A stretch of DNA of 62,802 nt, filler included, from Dugesia japonica (taxonomy: Eukaryota): NCBI GenBank assembly GCA_001938525.1. It is 6 parts of 6 records of this genome, joined end to end, with 100 filler letters (N's around TTAATTAATTAA, not from the genome) between each part and the next. Parts side by side here need not be neighbours in the genome. Positions count along the whole stretch, not along the records: positions 42,131 to 53,566 come from MQRL01623142.1; positions 53,667 to 62,802 come from MQRL01555929.1; 4 more parts are not named here. One strand, written 5' to 3'. Numbering within the stretch: position 1 is the first letter of the stretch; each line of letters starts with the position of its first letter. This document shows positions 50,168-61,620 of this stretch, in pieces. The notes under the pieces are model-generated. The model had not been told where the DNA came from. It did no database searches and saw nothing but the letters and a program-made list of their open reading frames with translations. The translations under genes and the position numbers were made by a program.

Positions 50168-51466
50168 ATGAGTTATAAGAATTTCATATGTGATAATTGT
50201 GGGAAAATATTATTAAAGAAAAATAAATCAAGACATTTAAATTTATGTATAAACAAAATGAAACAAGGAGGTGATCTTCAAAATTCAAGTGTAATATCTA
50301 AAATTTTAAAACCAATAACAACAGAAAAATATCCTGGAGAAAGACATCTATTTAAACATAATTATACAGGACCAGGAACTAGATTAGATATTAGATTAGA
50401 TGAGAATTTAGTTCCAAAACCTGGTGAAGAACCAATAAATCAAATTGATGCAGCAGCATTAAAACATGATATTGCATATGCAAGTGAAGATCTTAGAGAT
50501 AGACATATTGCTGATGTAAATTTAATACATGATTTAAATAATATTGAAAATCCAACTTTAACAGAAAATTTTCAAAGTGCTCTTGTAAAATTAGCTATGA
50601 AAGGTAAAATCATGATTGGACAGGGACCAAGAAAAAGTAAAATTATAAAAGAAGAATCTGATAACGAACAAAGTGATGATAAAGAAATTTTATCAAAAGA
50701 ACTTCATAAAGAATATAGAAAGACAAAACATTTTAGAAAAGTAGTTGTTTTTTGAAAAAGATGATATTTGGTCTGCAGATTTAATATTTCAGGGAATTGA
50801 AAGAAAAGGTAAAAATGTAATATTAACAGTTATTGATTTATATACAAGATTTGCATTTATTGAATTAAGTAATAACAAAAGTGGAAAAGCAATAAGAGAT
50901 GCATTTGAAAAATTCTTGAAAAAAGTTCTAGAACTCCAAATAAATTATGGGTTGATGAAGTTAAAGAATTTTATAATCAACATTTTAAATCTTTTTGTAA
51001 AAAAAATAATATTGAAATGTATTCAACTCAAAATAAAGGTAAAACAGTTGTAATTGAAAGATTCAACCTAACTTTTAAAAATAAGCTTTTTCACCATTTT
51101 ACTGCCGTTGGGAATCAAGATTTAAACGAAGAGCTTTTAGAAAAAATTGTAAATGATTATAATAACACTAAACATTCTAGTATTAATATTACACCTCAAG
51201 AAGNNACAAAAAATCCAGAAAGTGTTGAAATTGAAATTCCAAAAGTTTACAATCAAAATATTAAATTAAATATTGGTGATCACGTAAGAATAACTAAAAT
51301 AGGAAAAACATTTCCTAAAGGTTATACTTTTAAATGGTCAAAAAGAATTTATGTTATTACTAAAATTTATCATGAACAACCTATAACATTTCAAATCTCA
51401 AATCTTAACGGTAACAAAATACTCGGAAGATTTTATAGTAATGAACTTCAAAAAACATTAATATAA
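50168..51466 (+). CDS. Zinc finger + parvovirus-type phospholipase A2 domain + retroviral-like (rve) integrase fusion, split by two compensating frameshifts
   Basis: CDNCGK..HLNLC; HNYTGPGT..PINQIDAAALKHDIAY..RHIAD (Ca loop and HD dyad); KELHKEYRK..RKVVV / DDIWSADL..LTVIDLYTRF / PNKLWVDEVKEFYN..IERFNLTFK..DYNNTKHSSI..GYTFKWS..GRFYSNELQK. The first and third pieces share a frame. Confidence 0.9.
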
Positions 51467-51467
51467 A

Positions 51468-51713
51468 ATGGATTATAAATGTACAGGTGATGAAGAAACA
51501 TTTGATAAAATAAATGAAGAAATACAAAACAAAAGATATGAAATATCTAATAGTTATGATGAAACTAAAAAATGTCTTGAAGAGGAATTAGAAGTATTAT
51601 TAGAAGAGAAGTATGAAAGTATGCGTGAAATAAATCACATTCAAAATTTAATATTTAAATATAATTGTACTAACTCTAGTGAATGGGAATTTGTATTAAA
51701 ATATGGTTATTAG
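51468..51713 (+). CDS. Small acidic coiled-coil hypothetical viral protein
   Basis: 81-aa ORF packed 1 bp after the integrase stop and 2 bp before the ATPase start. Confidence 0.6.
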   Translation: MDYKCTGDEETFDKINEEIQNKRYEISNSYDETKKCLEEELEVLLEEKYESMREINHIQNLIFKYNCTNSSEWEFVLKYGY

Positions 51714-51715
51714 AA

Positions 51716-52463
51716 ATGTCATATTTCTGGAATAAAATTATAACAAAGTTTAATAATAAAGTCCTTCCAAATAATTTTAGACTTTTAATGATTGGATCTT
51801 CAGGTTGTGGTAAAAATGTTTTATTAATGAAAATGTTATTAAATGTTATTATTTTTAGATTATGATAATTTAATAATTTATTCAACAACTATTAATCAAT
51901 TTGAAATTCAATTATTATNTATTGGTTTAGAAAATGGATTAACAAAAGAAGAAATAAGTTTAATATTTGAAAAACAAAATATAGTGCCAAATAATTACAC
52001 TACACCATATCAAGTTGTACATTATTTCTTAGATAAAAAATTAGTTACTAAAAAACAAAGAAGTTTAATTATAACTTTAAGTGATAAACCTAATGAAATA
52101 ATTTCTTGTGATAAACTTTCTAAGGAAAAGAAAANNNNNNNNNNNNNNNNNNNNNNNNNNNNNNNNNNNNNNNNNNNNNNNNNNNNNNNNNNNNNNNNNN
52201 NNNNNNNNNNNNNNNNNNNNNNNNNNNNNNNNNNNNNNNNNNNNNNNNNNNNNNNNNNNNNNNNNNNNNNNNNNNNNNNNNNNNNNNNNNNNNNNNNNNN
52301 NNNNNNNNNNNNNNNNNNNNNNNNNNNNNNNNNNNNNNNNNNNNNNNNNNNNNNNNNNNNNNNNNNNNNNTATGATTATGAAGTAAATCTTCACTGGAAA
52401 ACTAAATATAATTATTTTTATTTAAATAAAGAAACTGATGAAATGTTAGATTATCTTTTTTAG
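51716..52463 (+). CDS. A32/FtsK-like DNA packaging ATPase, frameshifted and gapped
   Basis: LPNNFRLLMIGSSGCGKNVLL (Walker A), then FLDYDNLIIYSTTINQ. A tandem 10-bp duplication aaatgttatt (51831-51850) shifts the frame. Walker B falls in the N gap. Confidence 0.87.
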
Positions 52464-53308
52464 TCTAACGTTTCAAAGTATATTCTAATTCTTTTTATTT
52501 CTTTTTCTATTGTTCTAAATGACCAATTTGATTTTAATATTTCTGGATATTGATTAGCAAATTTATATAATTTTATTATTTTATTTATATAATTAATTTT
52601 ATAGTAAATTCCAATTAGTTGTAAATGTATTATCATTTGATTATTACTTTCAAATTTAGATTTTAACAGTTCAAAGAAATAACCTAAATTATAAATACTT
52701 ATTAAAACAATTCTTTTTCCAATATTAAAATTATTATGCCAAAGTTTAATATTATCATTTACATTTTCTAATGATTGATCTATCACCGGTGATATATTTG
52801 GTAACATTATTGTTTCACTTAAATTAAATGTTTCTGGATTAATATTATTCACAAGAGATTTTGAAAAATTTTTATTAAATTCAATTTCATTATTAGACAT
52901 TAATTTTACTATTGATTTTTCTTCAATTATTTCTTTTTGATCTTCACATATTTGAATTTCTTCATCTTCACATATTTGATTTTGAATTTGAATTTCTTCT
53001 TCACTTTCATACATTTGAATTTCATCTTCACTTTCATACATTTGAATTTGAATTTCTTCATCTTCACTTTCATACATTTGAACATGTTTCTTAGGTTTTT
53101 TTTCTAAATTATCATATTCTCTATTCCAAGATTTTTCATTAGATTTATTAAAACCAATCATATCACCACGTACAAACATATTTTCTTTTTTTCTTTTTTC
53201 TACATATTTTTTAAGATGTTTAAGAAGTTCATTTTGATTTGTCATTTCTAAATAACTTTCAAATTGATATTTACATTTATGACAACTGATAAAAAATAAT
53301 TCTTCCAT
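52460..53308 (-). CDS. Hypothetical viral protein with acidic QMYESEDE repeats and a helical C-terminal domain
   Basis: Intact 282-aa ORF convergent with the ATPase (stops overlap). N-terminal CxxC; three to five repeat units at 52935-53085. Confidence 0.75.
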   Translation of the reverse strand: MEELFFISCHKCKYQFESYLEMTNQNELLKHLKKYVEKRKKENMFVRGDMIGFNKSNEKSWNREYDNLEKKPKKHVQMYESEDEEIQIQMYESEDEIQMYESEEEIQIQNQICEDEEIQICEDQKEIIEEKSIVKLMSNNEIEFNKNFSKSLVNNINPETFNLSETIMLPNISPVIDQSLENVNDNIKLWHNNFNIGKRIVLISIYNLGYFFELLKSKFESNNQMIIHLQLIGIYYKINYINKIIKLYKFANQYPEILKSNWSFRTIEKEIKRIRIYFETLD

Positions 53309-55189
53309 TTACTATTTCTTATAAAATTAATTTAACTGTTCGCATGCGAACAGGTGTCATTATATTCCAAGTTTCAATTTTAAGTCATTTATAACTTTAG
53401 TTTGATTTTCAACTAATAATTTTAAATTTTCGTTATGAGATTTAGTTTTTTCTTTTTTTGTTGCCGTTATCATTTCATGAACATCATTTACTATTTTCTT
53501 AGAAATCATTAATTCTTCATCAGTAAGTATTTCATCATTAACTGCTTTCTGTTGAAATAAAAATAANNNNNNNNNNNNNNNNNNNNNNNNNNNNNNNNNN
53601 NNNNNNNNNNTTAATTAATTAANNNNNNNNNNNNNNNNNNNNNNNNNNNNNNNNNNNNNNNNNNNNAACTCATATTTTCTAACAACTTTACTGATAATAA
53701 GGTATTTAAATAAAAATAAACCCATGAAAATCAAAGTGCACGCAAGGAACCAAATAGCAAACAAAGAAGCAGAAGGATAACGAGATGATTAAAATATACT
53801 GAAATATTTAAATTATTTTAAATAAAAAGCATAACATATTAACTCTTACTCGCTATCACACAGTCTTATTGTATTCTTTTATTAATATATGCGACTTTTT
53901 TAAAGATTATTTAAGTGAGGTCTTTAAAAATATTCATTAAAATCAAATAGAAAATAGTGAAAATATGTTAAATATAGCTAAATATAGCTAAATAGTGGTA
54001 AACCCGGAAAATATAGGGTAAATGATCGTACATGACAAAAGATTGAGAAATGGTAGGAAAATAAGTCAAAATTGATAAAAAGTAGACAAATTAAGCATAT
54101 TAAATGATTTTGTATAGAACAAATGCAGTATAAGTAGTGACTGGATTTACTCTATTAAATATTTTCTATATCCAAACTCATATTTTCTAATGGTAACATT
54201 TTTATTCTCTATGATAAGTCCATAATTTTTCTATGATGAAACTAATTTTCCATATCAAAACCATTTAATAATGTTTACATTACAATCTAAAGTTTGATTT
54301 NNNNNNNNNNNNNNNNNNNNNNNNNNNNNNNNNNNNNNNNNNNNNNNNNNAAATTATCTAATGCTTAATAAAAATTTCAATTATTATAATTAAAGTTTGA
54401 AATTAACTATTTTCATTAAGGTTATTTTTAACCATGTTATTCTTGCTTAAATTTTAAATTTTTAAATTTTTTATCTAAAAGTTACTTTAAATTTTCTATG
54501 ATGAAACTAATTTTCCATATCAAAACCATTTAATAATGTTTACATTACAATCTAAAGTTTGATTTTACTAAAAATGTCACTGATAATTTGGTATTTAAAA
54601 GAAAATGAAACCCATGAAAACTAAAGAGCAAGCAAAGAAACCAATGTTCATGCAGGGCTCAGATGAAAAGCAAGCAAATACTGAAGAATTTTATCGATTG
54701 GAATACCTATATTCCACAGGACAAACATATTATTTTCATGTTGAAACCTATATTGAACTCAAATTGTAATGGACTTAATCCTTTATCCAATATAATAAAC
54801 CATGAGTTATTACTATTATTTGAAACTTAATAAATAAATATAAAGAAAATATAGGAAAATCCGACTAAATATGAGCAGACTATCGGAAAATTGGGCAAAA
54901 TCTCTATCTAATAAGATAAGAAATATTTTTATCGATAAATGTTTTTTATGAAAAATAATCACCATCGAATTTTGCATCGATGGATGTAAAAATCTCGAGA
55001 AAAAAATTTTTCAAAAATTTTCGAAAGTTCAGATGTTCTCCCGGATTCCCATAAAAATTTGATTTAAAAATTTTAAAAATCTGAAAATTTAAACAAGAAT
55101 GACCTAATTTCACCAATTTACCACAAAAGATTAAAATAATTTTAAAAAACTTGAAAATTTAAACAAATTCTACATTTTCCATGAATTTC

Positions 55190-55980
55190 CGTAAAAATTC
55201 ATTCCAAACTGACCAATCCCGAGAAAAATGTCAGCCAAATCGCTCAAAAATGAACCAAATTATCTATTCCCGAGTAGATAATCAACAAACTTTGTCTAAA
55301 CCGTGTAAATAATTAACCAAAATTACCTAAACCGAATAAATAATAGACCGAATCGCCCAAAAACTACCTAAACTGACCAATCCCGAGAAAATAAATAACC
55401 AAATTCACCTGAACCAATCAAAAATCGATCTCATTTGATCTCACCAAGAAAAATTTTAACCAATTTCATCTTTATCACCCAAAAATCATCAATTCTGATG
55501 AAAAATTTAACCAAAACGCCCAAAAATTACCCAAATCAACCAATCCCGAGGAAATAATTTACCAAATTCATCTGAACCATCTAAAAATAGACCTTATTTG
55601 ACCTGACTGAATAAATTCCCAACTAATAAGCCTAAAAAATATTGCTGCTTAAAAAAGCTTAAAAAGTTTTCCCAACTAAAACCATAAGAAAATGTATAGC
55701 CACTTTGCCACTTAATAAGCTTGAAATATTTTCCCAACTAAAACCACAGAAAAAAGTATAGCCACTTAATCCCATTACGTAAAAATCTCGACGATGAAAT
55801 TAATCTTATTACATAATTTATGTGCAAAGTAATTTCTCAACTAAATACACAAGAAAAATTCATAGCCACTTAATCTCATTTCGTCATATTACCTAATATG
55901 ATGTCATTTTTTAAACTTCCCAACTAAATGAATTAGGATTAAATTTCATTACGTCACGGCGGGGGGGATTCCCCGAATGT
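55190..55980. repeat. Two adjacent degenerate tandem arrays ending in a GC-rich motif
   Basis: ~170-bp units with accaatcccgag (55212, 55376, 55539), then ~60-bp units with cccaactaa / tagccactt (55618-55928), then cacggcgggggggattccccga. Confidence 0.65.
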
Positions 55981-56506
55981 GTGCTGGCAATGACTCCCAC
56001 TATCCCTCTACTGCTTTCTTTGTTTCGGCAATATCAAAATAATTTTTTGTCTTCAAAATACATTTTTCTACATCATCACTAATTTTGAAAATGCCATGGT
56101 GTATTTCTTCTTTTAACAAATCCTATAATGTGTTGGTCGCCATATTAGGTGAATTCAAAATCTCACAACTTTCCATAAATTTTTGTTGATTATTACATGT
56201 TTTTTTATAAAATGAAAATTGATGAAGAACAATTCACAGTATTCAAACAAATAATTTGTAAAATTTTAATAAAATATATTTTTTAAAAATATCGATTTTC
56301 CTTTTTTAAATAATTTTTTTAAATCATAATTTCATAAAACAATTTTTATTCTTTTATAATTTTGCATAATACAAAATATTTATTTTGATTTTAAAATACT
56401 TTAATTTCATAAAATAATTTTAGATAATTTTAAAAATTTTAAAAATTTATCTTCATTGTTTTCATTTGAAAATTTCAGAAATAAATTTTAAAATAATATA
56501 TATGTA

Positions 56507-57757
56507 TTAGGTTGGTAAGAAAATAATTGCGGTTTTATAAAATATTACTTTAAAAGTAATTATTTAAAATAACTATTTGTTTTAATATATTGATCTATAT
56601 GTCAATTATACATTATACAAGAAATACTTTATTTTTATTACTATTTTATTGTGAAATATTATTTTTGGAAGACATGTGGGATTAATATCAAATACGAGCA
56701 ATATTCCTATATGAATTTAAACTGGGATCTAAAGCAGCAGAGACGACTTGGCGTTTGGCAATGAAACTGCAAAAGAAAAACCGGTGCAATTTGGTTATAA
56801 AAATTCAGGAGTGGAGATGAGAGCCTTGAAGATGGGGAAGGTCGGAGACGTACATCAGAAGTTAGCAAGGACAATTTGAAGGTAAGGTTCGAAGCAGGTC
56901 CAGACGTAACAACTCGGAAGCTTGGGAAGAGTTTATGCGTAATTCATGTAATAGCTTTATATCACCTCCATCAACTTAAAAAAGTACGGAAGCTCGATAA
57001 ATAAAGTCCGCATGAATTGAATCATTTTCAGAAAAACCGCCGTTAAGAGATCTACTCGGTGAGTCTGTTTAGAAATAAAAACCAATCCATTTCTTGATTG
57101 AATTGTGATTTGGAACGAAAAATGGATTGTATACAACCATAAAAAGCGAACATCGCAATGGTTGGACAAAGGTAAAGCAACATATCATTTTTCAACATAT
57201 CAAAACCTAAATTGCATCAACAGAAGACAACGGTGACGGTTTGGTGGTCCACACCCGGTCTGGTTCATTACAACGTTTTAAATCAAGGTGAAACTATGAA
57301 GGCAGAAAAATATTGACGAAATGCAACGCAAATTGAAATCTATGTGCGCTGCATTAGTTAACAGAAAACATCCCATTATTCTTCACGACAATGCCCGTCC
57401 ACACGTCGCAAAACTATCCCTGCAAAAACTAACTGATTTAGGATTTTAAAGTATGCTTCATCCCCCATACACCCCGAAACCTGTCGCCAACCGACTATCA
57501 TTTTTTTTATCATCTATCTAATTTTCTTCAAGAGAAAGTCTTCCATAACGACAATGATGTTAAAAATGCCTTAATAGAATTCATCGAATACATGACAGCG
57601 GATTTCTATTCTATTGGCATAAATAAATTTATTTCTCGTTGGGAGAAATATATTGATTGTAATGGTTCATATTTTGAATAAAATATATTTATGTTTTCCA
57701 AGAATTTTACTTTTACTTTTATATGTTAAAAACCGAAAATATTTCTTGCCAACCTAA
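56507..57757 (+). mobile_element. Near full-length mariner element (cecropia/Hsmar1-like ends), inactive
   Basis: TA|ttaggttggtaagaaaataattgcggtttt ... aaaaccgaaaatatttcttgccaacctaa|TA; 1,251 bp long. Confidence 0.95.
56674..57681 (+). pseudogene. Mariner DD34D transposase pseudogene
   Basis: IRAIFLYEFKLG..KFRSGDESLED, IVIWNEKWIVYN (first D to N), MVTVWW-like, HDNARPH, HPPY..LSPTDYHFF, GSYFE*. Several frameshifts and stops. Confidence 0.92.
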
Positions 57758-57815
57758 TAATATTTATAAAAATTAAACAATCTCAGACATCTGAAATACA
57801 TGAATCGTCCTTACA

Positions 57816-59952
57816 GGTTTATTGATTTTATTTAGTTTTATAGTGTTTAATAAACTTGGATAGTATAATTATTATATAAAATAAATGTATAATGGTAAAT
57901 TGTATCGCAAATCACGTTATATTTGTATGAAAGTACTGTATGCGTATGATATTCGTACATACGTTTGAGTATACTTATTAAGATTTGTATAAAAGAAGTA
58001 TATTTCCAATTGAAATTAATGCTTTATTTAATAAAAAGAGTAATATACTTTATGAAATTACTGTTTGCCTAAGAAACCAGTGAATAAGCGTTTACTTTGA
58101 AAATTAAAATACTTAACAATAAGATATAGAACAGATAATAAAATGCAAAACAAATAATAAAAATATTAATGAAAATATTTAATTATGAAAATGGTCTATG
58201 AACTTCTCCTTGTATCCACTTATTATATGTGTAGCCACTCCTTTCCTTAATCTTAAGAGTATTTATTATGTAGCATAGTGACTAGTAACAATTTATCACT
58301 CAAATGTCATGAAAAATGATTATTTAATAGAATTATTTAGTTTATGTATTACATAAATAAGAGTTAGAATGTATCAGTTTACAAAAAATATACATCGTTC
58401 ATCACCATTTATCCCCCTCACTGCTTGCTCCTCCTCCTCCTTCTACTCGTCTGCTCATGTGCTTGCTTTTCTGCTTTCTTTGTTCCTTCTTTCTCTAAAT
58501 ACCGAATGATCAGTTTTATTTTTAGTAAAATCAATATATAATTGTATGTTTTCATATTCTGCCTATTATTTATACATTATTATAATGGTTTCTGAGTATT
58601 CTTAAGCATTTTGGATACTTAATGGCTTTTTATTATTTTATAGCTTTTTAGAATTTTCCATGGTTTCATGAGATTTGATGCACTTTTTTCATTAGATATG
58701 ATTGGTTTACATGATTTATTAAGAATTTCATATAGAAAATACATTAAGTTTATTAATTTACATCAATAGCATATAAATAATAGCAATGGTATACAAATTT
58801 GAAAACATCACAATTTTACTACTTGTTGACCTAATATTTACAGTCTTTATACAACAATTTCTACAAAGTATAATCATGTTTCATAGAAATGGACTAATTT
58901 TCATAAATTCATAATAGATCACTTAAATTTAAGCAGTAATACACTAGATTCAATACAACATACACTAATGACTTAAATCCATAATATATATATTAAGTAC
59001 ACTAATTGATACATTAATGTTATTTAGAACTTTATCAATTCCATTAATTTCATATAAATTTCAACAGGTATAAACTGAAGAATATTCATACCGTGTAAAA
59101 ATTTAGACAGATTTCGTAAAGACAAAGTCCAAAACCTATTAAAATTAATATTATCAAGACTAAAACCTAATAAGTAATATACATTTAGGTGTGTATACAT
59201 GTATGAATTTAATTGGGTAATGTAAACATCCATTGATTGATTGAATCTTTATATAAATAGCCTTAATTTTAATACTTATATCACTGAAGCAATAGTAACA
59301 AATATGTTTAACCATATTATTAAAGATGAAATGATAAAGGAGCATTTACCACCATATGAAGCAGATACAGAAAAGGATTAAACACGAAACTAAAAGCAGT
59401 CATATAATGAAAATAATGCATTCATTTTTTAACATTTCTAATTTTACGGTCATACTTTCAATATGTATGACAGAAAGTAACTTTTATAATTATTAATTAG
59501 CTATTAATATTAATATTACACAGATAATCAGTTGATACAAGGAGAAGTTCATAGACCATTTTCATGAATAAATATTTGCAATAATATGTATCGCGTTTTT
59601 ATTAATTGTTCTGTTTTTTATTATCTGTTCTATATCTTATTGTTAAGTTTTTTAATTTTCAAAGTAATATGTCAATAGATTATACACAGATTTCTTAGGT
59701 AAACAGTAATTTCATTATTTCTTTCTTTACTTTCTTTTTATTGAATTAGCCATTAATTTCAATTGGATATATACTCGTTTCATACAAATCTTAAGTTTAG
59801 TCAGACGTATGTACTAATATCATACGTATACAGTACATTCATAGAAATATAACCTGATTTGCGATACAATTTACCATTATACATTAAATTTATTTAATAA
59901 TTATACAATCCAAGTTCATTAAAACTATAAAACCTAATACAATCAGTAAACC
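57816..59952. repeat. Long diverged inverted repeat (~410-bp arms 57816-58224 and 59523-59952)
   Basis: Colinear reverse-complement blocks such as tgtataatggtaaattgtatcgcaaatca, cttaacaataagatatagaacagataataaaa and atgaaaatggtctatgaacttctccttgtatc. Confidence 0.85.
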
Positions 59953-60965
59953 AATTGTTGAAAATTATAATTGTTGAAAAGTAAAGTATGCCCCAGTCAT
60001 TAAGATTTTATTCATATTATTCATAAAAACAGAAATGAAGGAAATGAAGTGTTTGTTTTCAATTTTTTAGAAGGAAAAATTAAGCAGAGGTGCAAGCAGA
60101 GTGACAAACGAGTTGTAGGCAGAAGTGCATGCAGAAATGCATGCAGATGGTGATAATTTATGATAAATGACTATATTATTATACCGAGTTTCCATGAAGT
60201 ATTGAAATATTATACAGAATTTCAAAGAAGTGTTCGGAATTTACACAGAATTTCAGAGAAGTCTTAGAAAATTCTAAAAGACTATGTAAAACAATGGGAA
60301 AATAATTATAATATTTCCGACCTGTGTTCAAAATTAACATAGAATTCCAGAGATGTGTTGGCAAAAATCATTCAAAATTTCTGAGTAATCATGGAAGTTT
60401 ATTCAAACTTTCACAGAAGTCATGAAAATCTATCAAAAATTTCCAAGTAGTATGTGAAAATGTATAAAAATTTCACAGAAGTAATAAATTGTTATAATTT
60501 GATAAACTATTTATCTATATCCAAAGATTTCCTTTGTAATCATGTGCCTTCCTTTAGATTATTAAAAGTTGTTACACATAAATGTTTGAAATTAATTCAT
60601 CGAATATGCTTAAGAAGTTCTATTTGACATAAATCTATAAGCAATAGTAATTATTTTCATTAAAATAAACGATAAGCTGATTCTACTGTTAACTGATTGT
60701 TAACATGATTAATTTGTAACATCAGTTAATTTGTATACATTAGCAAGAATGACAAAGTGTATTTTTGGACCTGAATATTGAAAATATCAATTTAACCATT
60801 TATCAAGAATTTCAATAGTATTTGGAGTGATAAAGGGTTTAAAATAAAATACTTAAACACGAAACCAAAAGAAGTCATATAATGAAGATAATGAGTTCAT
60901 TTTTTAACATTTCTAATTATACGGTCATACTTTCAATGTATGGCAGAAAGTAACTTTTATAATTA
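59379..60965 (+). repeat. ~115-bp direct repeat pair (59379-59495, 60855-60965) bracketing a degenerate aatttcacagaagt array (60200-60490)
   Basis: aaacacgaaac.aaaag.agtcatataatgaa..ttcattttttaacatttctaatt.tacggtcatactttcaat..cagaaagtaacttttataattat is present twice. Confidence 0.8.
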
Positions 60966-61289
60966 TCAATTAATAATTATAACAATTATTAATTATTATA
61001 ATAATTATAATAATTATAATTATAATTATTGTTATAGTATTATTGTAATTATAAATATTATTATTATTATTAATATTAATATTAGTTCTTTGTTATAATA
61101 TACACAAAGAAGCATTATAAAAAACGACAAGTCCTTAATTCGAAGTCTAATGAAAAAATAAAAAAATAAGGAGAAAAAATAAAAAAATTTAAAAAAATAA
61201 AAATATTTACAATCATAATTAAAAATATATAAAGAAATGTGTTTTACTCAAAATATTTTATATTGTTATAAAATAGTTATTGAACGAAA

Positions 61290-61620
61290 AAAGCTTTTAT
61301 AGCCCCAGTTAGGAAACACATATATTCAAATAAATTGTAAACAAATAATTATAAATTTACTTTTTATCTATTAAACTCTTTAAAAATAATAGCTGAAATT
61401 AAAAAAAATTGTTGATATCGAGAAAATATTTGTTGACATTGAACGAAAAATGGAGAATCTTTTCTAAATTATATAAAATTCTTTATATCCGAATATAAAG
61501 TTCACAACTGAAGTTGAACGTAATAGTAAGTTTCATTTTCTTGCTTTATTAATAGTACGGAAAAATGATTATTATAAGACAGAAAACAATCGAAATCCGA
61601 CATATAATGTTTTAAACAAT
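61290..61620 (+). pseudogene. Penelope-like retroelement RT C-terminal relic
   Basis: LYPNI / KFTTEVERNSKFHFLALLIVRKNDYYKTENNRNPT matches HPNI.FT.E.E....LPFLD.LI.R.....T..YRKPT. Confidence 0.6.

Larger units (their letters stand above)
47237..53566 (+). mobile_element. Polinton/Maverick (adintovirus-like endogenous virus), left ~6.3 kb
   Basis: Starts AGTAG, has a repeat-rich terminus, then tightly packed intronless ORFs for major capsid, PLA2-integrase and packaging ATPase. Truncated by the scaffold end. Confidence 0.92.
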
